A DNA stretch of 64,000 bases from Malacoraja senta. Taxonomy: Eukaryota. Position numbers and translations under genes: made by a program. The stretch lies in the NCBI GenBank assembly GCA_038087875.1, contig CM075997.1, forward strand, positions 3,410,001-3,474,000, given 5' to 3'. Position 1 is the stretch's first letter. Each line of letters begins with the position of its first letter. Shown piece after piece: positions 39,501-50,503 of this stretch. The notes below the pieces were generated by a model. The model was given only the letters and a program-made list of their open reading frames with translations. It had not been told where the DNA came from and made no database searches.

Positions 39501-42500
39501 TGTGGAAATCCAGAGATTTTACTTAGCTTTAGGTCTGAATACCTTATGCTTTGATTTTCTTTTCTTTTTTGATCGTTTCTTTTCCTTTTCTCTTTCTTTC
39601 TTCCTTTTTCTCTTCAACCTACGATGACTTTTGTCCTTATCTTTCTCGTCATCTTCATGATCCCGTTCTTGTTTTTCCGATTTTTCCTTCTTGATTTTCT
39701 CTTGAGATTCCTCCTGAACCTCCACTTCCTCACCATCATCTTGCAATTCTCCTTCCTCCAGTTCTCCTTCTTCTCTGGAATATAAAACATGAATAGATGT
39801 TAGTATTATAAATTGATGTGGGGAATCTAAACTCTGAATCAAACAAAAAGCATACAACAACTGAATAAGATTTTGTGATGCAGAAACCAGTAACTACAGA
39901 TGTTGGTTTATGAAAAATGACAAAGTAACCCAGCAGGTCAAGCAGCATCCCTGGAAAACACGGATAGGTGACGTGAATTCTAACAAGAACCTAACTCCGT
40001 CACATTCAGTAACCTCCTAATAGAGTTTGAAAATAAATGGAGGATTATATTTTAAACAAAATAATTCCCCTTTTTCAAATAAACTATGTTTTCACAGTGA
40101 TGCTAACCTCTTGGGGTTATGTTCTACAAGATGCTGGAAACTTCAGATAATCAAAAGAGTCAAGAGTGTTTATTTGTTATATGTATCAAATTGGAACAAT
40201 TAAACTCTTATTTACAGTCTTATAGCAGTATAACAGATCTGTAAACACAGTACTCGGTAGATAACATAATAAAGTCAAAAAAGTTCAATAAATAGAAATA
40301 CCGTCAATATTAGTGCAAAAACAAATGAAAAACCTTAAGTCCTTAGTTTAATTGGTGTTTGTAGTGTTCAATGACCAGATATTTGTTGGGAAGAAGCTGT
40401 TCCTGCACCTGGAGTGAAATGAGAGCATGGCCAGGGTGGTGTGAGCCCTTGATGATGATGATAGGTGTTTTTTGTTGTTGTTTTTTTAAGAGCACCTTCC
40501 ATAGATCCTATCCCTGGCGGGAAGGTCAGTACCCATGGTGGACCGGGCAGTGTCCATCATGTTTTGTAATCTCCTACAATCCTGGGTGTTTGAGTTGCTG
40601 AACCAGGCCATGATGGAACCAGTCAATGTGCTCTCATAGTATCTTAAAGTATCTTTATTGGGTACTTTACGTAACAAAGGTACTCACTAATGAGAGTCTA
40701 TGAAATTTAATTGCTGCTATACAAGTTGGGAGGGGGCACAACATTAACTATGAAAAATGAATTCCCCAGGAATGGCCTCATTTTAAGTCCTCTATTTTTG
40801 TGAAAAGGCTGTGCCCTTTCAAGCCTGCCAGTATACCCTTGGGGCAAAAGGTTATCCTTTTCTCATTGTTTGCTTACATTAATTAAGGTGTCATTTTAAT
40901 TTCTCATAAAGGGCCTCAAATTTGAAAGGTTAATGCTGTTCACCTTTCCACAGGCACCTCCTGACCAGCTGAGTGTTTCTAAGATCTTCTGTTCTAATTT
41001 CAGATTTACAGTTTGTGCAGTTTTCTTTGATATTCATTCATTGAAAGATACTTCCAATTAACTTTTTTTGCACGTGGAAAGGCATTTGATTCAATTTGAG
41101 CCTGTAAAACCTAGCTGCATAATTTGTGCATGATATACTTTACGGATATTTTATATCTCAACTGTAGCTTCACTTGGATGCAGATCCTTGATGAAACCCA
41201 AACTTCATGAAAACAGAGGTCAATTGTAGGGTGCTTAGCTATTTCCTGACTGAAGTGAATGAGTTTAGTTGGAGATTGAAAATGATCCAATTGGTTTGCA
41301 GCATGGAATTTGATAACTCCACTAAAACAAGCTCAACTGACTCATATGAAGACACAAGAGACTGGAAACAAGTATAACACACAGTGCTGGAGGAACTCAG
41401 CTAGTCAGACAGTCGGATGTATGGATCATGTATTGTATATATTTATTTCTCGAATAAAGTATATTTTGAAATTATTATTTTTTTAAAGCATACAGGGAAG
41501 GAATGGACAGGTGACGTTTCAGGTTTCGGAATCTGGTTGTCTTAAGGTAATTCAGCAAAGTTATGGTTGAAATATTTAAATTAACTTCAGTCTCACTCCA
41601 TAAATGGAAGGAGAACAGGTCTGGGATTCAACCTTAAAGACTACGTGTGCAAATTGTGATTTTTTTTGATGAGGACCAAGGTCAACTAAACTGTTAACAC
41701 CAAAACTCTTGGTACACACACTCCGAAGAAAACTCATCAGGTAGCAATCCAAAGATTGGATTCCAGTAGGAATTAGTAATTTTAGGTGGGAGAAAATCTA
41801 ACAACTCAAATGCTGATTTGACATTCCTGACTGGTAATGCAATTACATTTCAATGAACAAATTAAAGTGGTAACATGATTGAATTCTAGAACTTAAATAA
41901 TGAACTACAAAGGCATCTCTTTCTGCTCTTAAAGGCAAACATGATTGAAGATTTGTTTGTGTAAATAATGGTTTATAATGTTGGGGTTCAAAAGTCAACC
42001 AGCACGTTCATTATATTTTATTTTGGATGGAATGTTTAGGGTCATGCGTACAGAACATAAACAGCCTCTTTGGTCTATTATCTCCATACTGAGCATCAAA
42101 CACTTATTTTTTGAATCCCAAATTTCTCCACCTGCATCCTGATCAACTCCCCACGTCTTTCTTCTGCCAACTGCCAATAGCAGAAAGTTAACTAACTGAC
42201 CAGTACATCTTTGGCATTTGGAGCCAACTGAAGCAACCAGGTGGTCACAGGGAGAACATGCAAACTCCACATGGACAGCATCAAGGTCAGGATAGAACCC
42301 AGGCCGATGGAACTGCAAGGCAGCATCGCCATTTGATGCACCAATGTGCCTCCCACCTCCAAGTTTCAATTCACATTGCATCGATAAAATATGCTAAATA
42401 AACAAATAACCTTAAAATAATTTGTTACAAATTATAATAAAATCCCCAGGTGAGCAAGATATTAAAAAAACACATGCACAATAAAAGCTTAGTTATAATC

Positions 42501-45500
42501 CTGAGTTTGCCAAGTATAATTACAATGTTATAACAAGCATAACTGAGTTGGAAAAAACACCACTCACACATGTAATTGCTCCTGATTATTAACAGAAAGC
42601 ACTTTGGGAAGAGTAGCCACATGGACAATTAGTGAAAATGGGTTGCCAGCATTGTCCTCCCTCTCTATCAGCTATTGTGCCTCATTGGAACCTGTTGAAC
42701 TCCTTAACGGAACCCATTGCATTAAAAGAGGAGACATCAGAATGTCATTTGTCTTGCAACATCCATATATGCATAACAAGTACAATTAATTACCTTGATT
42801 TATACTTGTCACTTGATCCCTTTACACCTGTTCAAGCAATTAAAATCTGCCTACAATGGCAGGTAGAATGGCCATTCTTACTGATTTGTGTTATGGTAAT
42901 AATACTCGCAGATTTACACCACATCTGGCCTACATGTTTTTCCAAACAAACCAAGCTTCTCTCGCACAGACCAAGTTGAGTCAATCTTTTTACAAGATTT
43001 TATCTCTTTTTGCTGTTAGAATGTGAATATGATGCTGATTCTGTACTGATTTTGGATGATCAGCCATGATCATATTGAATGGCAGTGCTGGCTCGAAGGA
43101 CCGAATGGTCTACTCCGGCACCTATTTTCTATGATTCTATGTTTCTATTTTATTCATCCCCAAAGGGTACTTACTATGTGCATTGCCCACATTCATGAAA
43201 ACGTTCACATTAACGTGGATCTATTATTAAATCTACAGATGAGAATTTAATTCATAATATTTTTAAGAACTATTAAACTATTTACATATAATCTATTTAA
43301 TTTAAGAATTTAAAAACCAAAGGTTTCTTGGAGTAATTTTCACCACATCAATAGATGCTGACTTGTACTGGCAAAGTTCCACATGTGCCCAGGTACTGTC
43401 CAATATTGAACCGAATGATCATTATTTGCACAAGTATAAACTGTACATATCAGTAATTGGTGGTAACATGGGTCAGTCCTTTTCACTGCATTATCCATTC
43501 AGGAGAGGAAACCCAGGCTAATCTGTTCCCTCTCTAACTACAGCTAAGATCAGCGTAAAACCACAGTGGAAACCTGGCATCCCCGGGCTTTCATTGCTCA
43601 GAGCAACAACCAAAATGTGCACATTCAAAGTGATTATAGCACAGCCTACCAAAATTGAGTCTGAATACTGCAAGGTTAAATGTCTCATAACACCTTGAGA
43701 TCTCCACATAACTCAGGTTTGCCCTCGCATAGGTGTCCACTTCTTTACCTCGACATGTGTAACTTCAGCCATCAATGCTCTAACCTCTGGAGTTCTCTCC
43801 TGAAATGTTTCCATGTCTCCCTCCTGTTGCTGCTTTAAAGCCTGGCTAAGCTCCTGGTTGCCAGTTCCAATGTCTCTCCCTCCGGCACAGTGTCTTTTTT
43901 TATCTCCAAATATGCTTCAGTGAAATGGAATATAAACGTATCTGAACTGCTATGAATTGTCTTTGGCTGCACTGAGGACTTGGTACTTTTTGCACAAGTA
44001 TATTGGTTATATTAATTTACTGATTTTTAGTTTATTATATATTATCAGTGAGTATTGTGTTTACAGGCCTGTTGTGTTGCTGCAAGTAAGAATGTCATTG
44101 TTCCAATGTCTGTACATATGATCAATAAACACTCTTAACTCTTGATCTCGGTGTTTAACTATATTTCAGCACGATACTAAAATAAGTCATCGCTGGTTTT
44201 TCAGTGGTATTGTTCATCATTTATACAAATTACACCTTAAATAGTTACAGGACTTGGGCATCAGCCAACATGAAGATCAGGAATCTTGATTTTAGGTTCA
44301 GATTTCTGATATTCTAATATGGCAATACTGGAAATAAAATTTCCATTGCAAAGTCCTATTATTCTCAGTTAAGTGTTAGGAAGATACTGAGCAAACTCAA
44401 AACTCAGATATAAAAGTAGGAAATTAAAGAAAACATGCTTTGCACATTTGATAATTCAAGAGTCAAGCCAAGAGTGTTTTATTGTTATATGTCCTGAAAC
44501 AGAACAATTAAATTCTTACTTGCAGAATGCACAACAGATATGTAAACAATTGCCAGATAGGGTGCAATTACAAAGTCTGTCAGAACAAAAATGGAACACT
44601 TGATGATTCTCTTGTCTTTAGAGAGAAGATATGTTATGAAGGGTTAAATATACACGTCATGGGAACACGATGCACTGTACTAATTTCCCTTTCTGTTCAA
44701 ACAAACTTTGTAATTACATTCACCTGTTGGGACTCCAGAAGAGGTATATTTACATATAAAATATAAAATGTTAAACATTGTGTTAAAAGTGAGGAAATAA
44801 ATAAAACATAAGTTTGAGGGCTGTATGAAACATCTTCCCTCAAATTAAAAGTAAAGAAGATTTACAAATATCTGCATGGTGGGTCAGTGGCACAAATGTT
44901 ACAACAGATTGGTGACACGTTTAACATTTTGGGTATAGAACAAATTTAAACATTCTAGATTGCTACTATTTGTCTCAAGAACAATGGTAACTTCAAAGTG
45001 AAGCAGCCCCAATCCACGCATTCATTTAATTTGGGAATGTAAGCCAGTAGTTTAAATGAGCCACAGAATTTAAATTAGTTATTATGTATTCAGCATAATG
45101 GAAACCCTTGATAGACACAAAGTGCTTTAGTAACTCAGCAGGACAGGCAGCATCTCTGTGGAGAAGGAATGGGTGATGTTTCGGGTCGAGACCCTTCTGA
45201 AAACCCTGGTGATGAACACAACTTGAATTTGAAATGTCCATTTAATGGCCAAAATAAATATTCTTAAAGACACTTGTATGAATTTGCTGAATATAAAAAC
45301 ACATCCCAGCCAATTTTATTAAGGGCACATTATGAAATATTAGTGGTATTCTGATTATCAAAAGGTAACTGTAATTTCTACGCAAGCAACTACCAATGAT
45401 AAAAACTTGCCAGATAGGGTGCTGCACCCGCTGAGTTTCTCCAGCATTTTTGTGTACCAATGATAAAAACTTAATGCCTAAAGTCTTAGAGTAAATTGCA

Positions 45501-48500
45501 ATCAAACATTCAAACACATAAGTAAAGCATGGAGTTTAGCCAAAGCATTTAACAATCTATTCTGGTCAAGCTTACAACGTGTTTTAATTTTTTTTTTTTA
45601 AAGGACTCTTCATAAAAGGAAACCACTCAGAGCATGATCTGCTGAGAACAAAGGCAGCATGAGAAATAAAATGCCTCATGTCTTCAGGATTAGATTGTGA
45701 CCGTTTAGAACTATATTAGCTCTCCACCCCCGTCACATAGAAACATTTATTCATGATGCAATAGAGCATTGAGTGTTCTCATACAGGGCACTATCCATGT
45801 GTAATAGTTGGCAACCTGTTCCATACTGTACGCAACTAAACCAAATCTTCTCTCCTGATGATTAAATACAGATGAATTTCCAGTAATATTCTGGGCTCTG
45901 GCAGATTTTATGTTTTTACTGAAATCCTGTGTTGTCATGTTATTTAAGTGTAGCTGTTTCAGCACTGGGGCCTTCTCGATCTGTATGCTGTCTTTACCAA
46001 ATGAATTACGGGAGAAATACTATTGTTAGATCATTAAATGTAAAAGTACAATGGATGCACTGTAAAAAATGGTAAAATTAAAATTATACATCTTTCAAAT
46101 TATTTTGCAATTTGTACATTATGTTTGCACAGCATACGATGCAAGAGCTATTGAAGATATAAGATTAAGGGGTAGGCCATTTAGGACTGAGATGAGGAAA
46201 AACTTTTTCACACAGAGAGTTGTGAATCTGTGGAATTCTCTGCCAAGAAGGCAGTAGAGGCCAATTCACTGGTTGTTTTCAAGAGAGAGTTAGATTTTGC
46301 TCTTAGGGCTAAGGGAATCAGGGGATATGGGGAAAAAGCAAGAACGGGGTACTGATTTTGGATGATCAGCCATGATCATATTGAATGGCAGTGCTGGCTC
46401 GAAGGGCCAAATGGCCTACTCCTGCACCTATTTTCTATGTTTCTATTGATCCTGTCTGAAGGACGTATCGCGACCATTGTTGACAAAACCGAGTTATTAA
46501 TCTGATAAATCATTGGGAACTGCTCAGTACTTATTTGAACACCAAAAATTTGAGACAAAGCAAGTAAAACTTTTTCCTACTGCACTGTTGAACTATCTTC
46601 CAGAACAAAAGAAATTTAAACACAGATAATTTTTATATATATACGGTCTCAATCAAATTCTGCTCAACTTATACTGTTATATTATACTGCCTAAACAAAA
46701 TGTAAGAATTTAACAAAATTACACAATGGTAATTTGCAAACATGAACTATATCTTTTTCACTCTTTTTCAAGGTGATCTTAAATTTTTCAAAACACATTG
46801 CTAGTTGTTCTCAACATAAGTCTTTTGCTTTGCAAATTTGCGTTCTCACAAAAAAACAATGGTGAGATCCCAGTGTTAATCCCAAATCCCAAATTTCATT
46901 CGTGCTACATTTCTATCGAACAAGTTCATTGTTACTCAATCTAGAATAACTTTCAAGGATTATCAGAACATAACATATTTTGGCACATACAAAGATCATG
47001 TTAACATTATATATTTTTATCCTTGTTTAAAATAGAATTAACTGTACATAAATAAACGTATTCAGATCTCTGTGTTTGTACTTACCCCAGAAAATGGAGT
47101 CTACTTTTTAAAACAAATTCCTTTGATGACACCTGTTTCAAGACATGTAATTAATTTTGCCAATACCCTAGAGTTTGCTGATTTACTCCAGGATATTGAT
47201 AAAATAACTGTTTCTGTTTATGGGCATTTATAATAAAGGCAGCACTTGTCTATGAATGATCTTTAATTCTGAATATATTATCTAAAGTGCATTTGAGTTC
47301 ATCCTGCAACAGCTCCTTTTGAATCTTGAGTTCTTAGTGTTGTCAACAGGGAGTATAACAAAGACCTGCATATAATTGAAAATAGCCTCAAGTCATTTCA
47401 TTGTTGTGCCAATGATTGCTGTCTGTTAATTGCAAATTATCTTGTTTAAATAGCATTTTTTTGTGTATTCACCCCCAAAAGAAGAGCATGAAACTGGGTG
47501 AAATCTAAAAGACTGTACATTTTTGTTTCAAGTGGATGTGGAGTGAACTATTACATGTCCACCATCATATTTTATTGAAATCTTAATGACAACACTGGCA
47601 TGTTACAGAGAAAATGAGATTCAAAAATGCATAGCAAGGGGGTCAGTTATGCATTGAAGACAAGTGAAAATAATTTAAAGAATTGCAGTTTTGTTTTCTT
47701 GAAAAAAAGAGTGCTTACAATATCAATGTTTCAAAGTATTGAGTAATGATTGAATGATTGTACAAACAGAAGGTGGTGATTTGCTTTTGTTGTGGATACG
47801 AACACATTTTTTGAAGCCACCAGAATAAATAAAATACATGTTATAATGCTTTTGTAAAAGGGCTAGGTTTTTTAATAGACCATGCATATTTAAATGAAAC
47901 GCATCACAAACACATCACAATAGAGGGGATAAACTAAATTATAAATGTTTCTCTTATTTACATGTTACACGGGGACGCTGGGTAAAAAAAAATAATAAAG
48001 TTCAAAGGTCACTTGCCGATGTCCTTTAAACAGGTTCCATTTATTGGAGGATTTAGATCGAAAATAAGCATTAATGTAATTAAACTCGAATGCAATAACA
48101 GAAACAGGATCTCCTGTTAATAATTCGTCTGCATTAAAGACACATCCACATTGCTCTCTGTCACCCAAGCATGCAAATAGGCCTAAACCCCCCCTCCCCC
48201 CCTCAATTCATGGTTTATTTTCATATATAAATATTTTTTTAAAATATCGAGCGAATACTTTTCCAGAGGATTTTTAAATGAGATTAAAAAGAAAAAAATA
48301 TATATCAATCCAAAGATACATTCCTCTACCTTCCGTTTCCAAGGTTTCCTTTCTCTTTCAGAAAAAACCTTGGTGAATTGTTGTATTTTTTTTTTTGGTT
48401 GTTGTTGGTTTGTTTTATAAATAAAGATTTAAAATATCGAAATGTAGGATAAAAGGTTGTTTTTACTCGACCTTTCGTCTCCTGACTCAGTAAGGTTGAT

Positions 48501-48563
48501 GTTGTGTTCGTTTTGGGGGGACTGCTTGTTGGAGGAGGTGAGGCTGAGGCTTTCGAGAGACAT
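17009..48563 (-). CDS. ZC3H4: ZC3H4 zinc finger CCCH domain-containing protein 4, spliced CDS: join of 48472-48563, 39543-39774, 38174-38284, 34871-35273 (spans N gap), 33381-33862, 29387-29500, 27871-27982, 26466-26575, 25498-25850, 21227-21567, 19501-19743, 17009-18504
   Basis: All junctions are phase-compatible. Translation shows N-terminal [11 protein letters not shown], a Lys/Arg-rich tract, an RG tract, three CCCH fingers, [59 protein letters not shown] and a C-terminus [14 protein letters not shown], all matching vertebrate ZC3H4 as recalled. Confidence 0.96.
18505..19500 (-). other. GC-AG intron (last intron of ZC3H4)
   Basis: G|GCAAGT donor gives [10 protein letters not shown]; the nearby GT option gives a frameshift and an immediate stop. 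Confidence 0.88.
19501..19743 (-). CDS. ZC3H4: ZC3H4 penultimate exon ([24 protein letters not shown])
   Basis: gccag| acceptor; only a GC donor (G|GCAAGT) keeps frame with the last exon. Confidence 0.93.
21227..21567 (-). CDS. ZC3H4: ZC3H4 Gly/Pro/Met-rich exon (…[21 protein letters not shown]…)
   Basis: ORF 21003-21608; tandem AAG/TAG acceptor; AAG|GTAAAA donor. Confidence 0.93.
21850..22152 (+). mobile_element. CR1/HER1-like LINE 3' end
   Basis: GAGAGTGGTGAATCTGTGGAATTC.. and tail GAATGGCCTACTCCTGCACCTATTTTCTATGTTTCTATG; similar copies at 18620-18760, 43040-43145 and 46160-46446. Confidence 0.75.
22468..23966 (+). mobile_element. 5'-truncated L1-clade LINE (ORF2 C-terminal part, 3' UTR, poly-A), antisense in a ZC3H4 intron
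   Basis: Open frame of over 300 aa with QFKILHRLY and [15 protein letters not shown] zinc knuckle, one in-frame TAG at 23402, T-rich UTR, AATAAA, A-tail and ATGAT flanking duplication. Confidence 0.9.
24250..25350 (-). mobile_element. Degenerate CR1-like LINE fragment
   Basis: [14 protein letters not shown]-type remnant and RT-like text. Confidence 0.55.
25498..25850 (-). CDS. ZC3H4: ZC3H4 proline-rich exon ([19 protein letters not shown]...[14 protein letters not shown])
   Basis: ORF 25494-25850; taacag| acceptor, AA|GTAAGC donor. Confidence 0.96.
26466..26575 (-). CDS. ZC3H4: ZC3H4 exon with finger 3 ([37 protein letters not shown])
   Basis: Preceded by CCCTTAAC branch site and AC acceptor; AAG|GTAAA donor. 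Confidence 0.95.
26576..27870 (-). other. U12-type (minor spliceosome) AT-AC intron of ZC3H4
   Basis: 5' ATATCTTT, branch GCCCTTAAC (26585-26593) a few nt from the terminal AC; splicing restores the frame YMH-N-EFPC. Confidence 0.93.
27294..27521. mobile_element. Palindromic head-to-head Penelope pLTR-derived unit with hammerhead-like cores and 17-bp TSD, inside the U12 intron
   Basis: TSD AATATGAGCAGGGAGGT at 27277-27293 and 27522-27538; inverted arms around CTTCAGACTTCAGTCTGAAG. Confidence 0.85.
27871..27982 (-). CDS. ZC3H4: ZC3H4 exon with the end of finger 1 and finger 2 ([37 protein letters not shown])
   Basis: ctgcag| acceptor; followed by ATATCTTT U12-type donor. Confidence 0.95.
29387..29500 (-). 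CDS. ZC3H4: ZC3H4 exon with the first half of CCCH finger 1 ([18 protein letters not shown])
   Basis: ttgttag| acceptor, AAG|GTGAGA donor, 114 nt. Confidence 0.95.
30261..30956. mobile_element. Non-autonomous hAT-like DNA transposon with 8-bp TSD, nested in a CR1 fragment
   Basis: TSD CCCTGAGC at 30253-30260 and 30957-30964; termini CAAGAGCGGA / TCCGCCCCTG (imperfect TIR of the CAGGGGCGGA type). Confidence 0.85.
30965..32535 (-). mobile_element. CR1-like LINE ORF2 fragment hosting hAT and SINE insertions
   Basis: [22 protein letters not shown] and LVRPH.YL..F.-type remnants. Confidence 0.7.
31877..32189 (+). mobile_element. HE1/V-SINE-like SINE with 11-bp TSD, nested in a CR1 fragment
   Basis: TSD ATCACAGACAT at 31866-31876 and 32190-32200. 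Confidence 0.88.
33381..33862 (-). CDS. ZC3H4: ZC3H4 exon: RG-rich tract followed by His-Gly-Pro repeats, ending DFYDEDMP
   Basis: ctgcag| acceptor, CCG|GTAGGT donor; open frame [19 protein letters not shown]...GHGPPGHG...DFYDEDMP. It is absent from the ORF track because the frame has no early start codon. Confidence 0.93.
34041..34133 (-). mobile_element. Monomeric Penelope pLTR-derived unit starting at CTGAAGA, 15-bp TSD
   Basis: TSD ATCCATA(A/G)TATATAA at 34026-34040 and 34134-34148. Confidence 0.75.
34871..35273 (-). CDS. ZC3H4: ZC3H4 exon(s) [14 protein letters not shown]...[10 protein letters not shown]-[gap]-GHRGCGTS-G, interrupted by assembly gap
   Basis: ccctag| acceptor at 35274; DDFAKELSK matches ZC3H4 DDFTKELNQ; CAG|GTATAT phase-1 donor at 34870 fits the next exon. 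Content of the gap is unknown. Confidence 0.8.
34896..35082. other. Assembly gap (187 N) inside ZC3H4 coding region
   Basis: Run of N. Confidence 1.
36948..37078 (-). mobile_element. Monomeric Penelope pLTR-derived unit, 11-bp TSD
   Basis: TSD GAATCTTTTAG at 36937-36947 and 37079-37089; begins AGTCTGAAGAAGGGTCTCGACCTGAAACGTC. Confidence 0.8.
38174..38284 (-). CDS. ZC3H4: ZC3H4 exon [37 protein letters not shown]
   Basis: tttcag| acceptor, CAG|GTATTG donor, 111 nt, phase 0-0. Confidence 0.95.
39165..39485 (+). mobile_element. Penelope-like reverse transcriptase fragment
   Basis: [18 protein letters not shown] and [29 protein letters not shown], typical of the PLE RT C-terminal region, with frameshifts. 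Confidence 0.75.
39543..39774 (-). CDS. ZC3H4: ZC3H4 exon: [10 protein letters not shown] acidic motif and Lys/Arg-rich NLS-like tract
   Basis: ttccag| acceptor, AAG|GTATTC donor; ORF 39519-39860. Confidence 0.95.
42045..42345 (-). mobile_element. Old HE1/V-SINE-like SINE
   Basis: Reverse complement of the GGAGTTTGCATGTTCTCCCTGTGACC core. Confidence 0.6.
48472..48563 (-). CDS. ZC3H4: ZC3H4 first coding exon ([31 protein letters not shown]); probable acceptor at 48650 so the exon likely spans 48472-48649
   Basis: ATG at 48563; donor AG|GTCGAG in phase 2 joins the next exon to give DER-EEGEL; next to a CpG-rich promoter. Confidence 0.8.
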
Positions 48564-48649
48564 TTTCTCTCGCTCGCTCTCTCCCTTTTGTCTTTCTCTA
48601 AATGCTTTTAAAATTACCACCGGGCACAGCAATTAGGCTCTCACTGACT

Positions 48650-49130
48650 CTAGAGATAGGAAATAAACCGGCTCTGTTGGTACTGTTTAAGCGTTTTGGT
48701 ATTTTCTCGGTGCTTTTCTGTGCGGATCCGACCCCCGGGTTTCTCTCCATTACACAATGACTGAACAAAACACCTCGACAACATGGCGCCCGTCGACGGC
48801 GTGACGCACGGCAGAGAGAGAGAGAGAAAAAAAAGCCCCACTCACGGACGTTGCCGGAAACTACCGAAGCGTCGAGTCTTCCGACCAGCAGCGGCGTTCC
48901 GGACACCCGAAGCTGCACCCGCCGATTGTCTTTGGAACGGACTTACCCGAATGGCCGCTGCCCGAGTGCCCACGTGTTCCTGACTCCCGAAAGTAGCCGA
49001 AGCTGCACCCGCCGATTGTCTTTGGCACGGACTTACCCGAATGGCCGCTGCCCGACTGTCACCTCATTGTACGGAAATGCACGAAGCCGCAGAACGAAAG
49101 GAGCCGAGCCCAACGATTGTAGCAACAAGG
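48650..49130 (-). promoter_or_regulatory. CpG-rich ZC3H4 promoter/5' UTR region with YY1-like AACATGGCG (48780-48788), candidate leader-exon donors (48845, 48946, 49036) and a 59-bp direct repeat
   Basis: High CpG density directly upstream of the ATG exon; minus-strand C|GTGAGT and CGG|GTAAGT sites; acceptor ctctag at 48650. Confidence 0.7.
48907..49055. repeat. 59-bp direct repeat x2 (48907-48965, 48997-49055), one mismatch
   Basis: CCGAAGCTGCACCCGCCGATTGTCTTTGG(A/C)ACGGACTTACCCGAATGGCCGCTGCCCGA occurs twice. Confidence 0.95.
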
Positions 49131-50300
49131 AACCGCGAATGTGTGGGAAGGAACTAACTGCAAATGCTGGTTTACACCGAAGATAGACGCAACATGCAAC
49201 ATGCTGGAGTAACTCAGATTAACTGGAGAATCTACAATTCCTTGTGTCGACGACTGAGTGTCGAAGAATAGAAAAGGGTCTTAATAAATGCATCGGCCTG
49301 AAGAATAGTCTCGCACTGCAATGTCGTCTGTGCTTACCCTCCACAGATGCTGCCTGCCTGACCCGCTGAATTCTTCCAACACCGTGTTTTACTCAAAATT
49401 CCAGCATCTGCAGTTTTTTGTGTCTCAAATACTCACGTTACTATTTTATAAGAACGTGACATTTAAAAAAAGAAAGAAATATATGCAATTTTCAATATCC
49501 ATGAATGTAGCCTAGCCTGTTCTCTATTTTAATTTCAGATTTCCAGCATATGCAGGTTTTTCAGGTTGAGTAGCTTCTGTGGGACGAGGGGGAGGGGGGG
49601 AGGGGGGAGGGAATTGACGTGTCACGGGTCAAGTCAGGACATGGTACAGGGCCTTGATCCTAAACAATTCCAGTCTCTTCCATACACGCTGCTCCACCTG
49701 CTGAGTTTCTCCAGCAATTTGTTTTTTTTTACTCCAGATTCCAGCACCTGCTGTCTCATGTGTCTGCAGCGTTTTGAACGTGAATTTTCTTTATTCTCTA
49801 GTAATTGTGCATTTTATATATTTTAACCTTCATGTCAGAATAAAATTAGTTGTCTTTATTTCAATGTACTGGTAATACAGAAATATATTAATTCAGCTTT
49901 AAATGTATATTTAAAAGGCTTTTGGCGTGGCCTCCCACACCTTCAAGGCATATGCAATTTTACTGAAAAAAACATCACTTTTCTGCTTTGATAGTGGGCA
50001 GGTGAGAGAGAATAGTTAACCGGGAAAATGAGAGGGTGTACAGGATTGCTTTGAGGGCCGGCAAAGAGTCTGTGGCAGAATCCTCTCCTATCTTGTAAGA
50101 AAATATGAACTAACATGGAAAACTGGAAGAATCCTGGAATTAGCCAGACACATAAAATAAAGTTTTCTTGCCTACTTTTGTATTTCATTGTTTCATTTTT
50201 AAATTGTTACTTGCTACATATCAGTTCTGAAAATCTATGAACAGCAATGCCAATTAAATGAGCAGTCATTAAAATGTCTCTCCTCCCATTGAATACAATG

Positions 50301-50503
50301 CCATTGGTAGACAAAAGTGCTGGGGAAACTCAGCGGGTGTGGCAGCATCTATGGAGCGAAGGAAATAGGCAACGTTTCGGGCCGAAACCCTTCTTCAGAC
50401 CGAAACGTTGCCTATTTCCTTCGCTCCATAGATGCTGCCGCACCCGCGGAGTTTCTCCAGCACTTTTGTCTACCTTCAATTTTCCAGCATCTGCAGTTCT
50501 TTC
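50301..50503. mobile_element. Palindromic Penelope pLTR-derived unit, 12-bp flanking direct repeat
   Basis: TTGAATACAATG at 50289-50300 and 50504-50515; near-perfect inverted arms. Confidence 0.8.
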
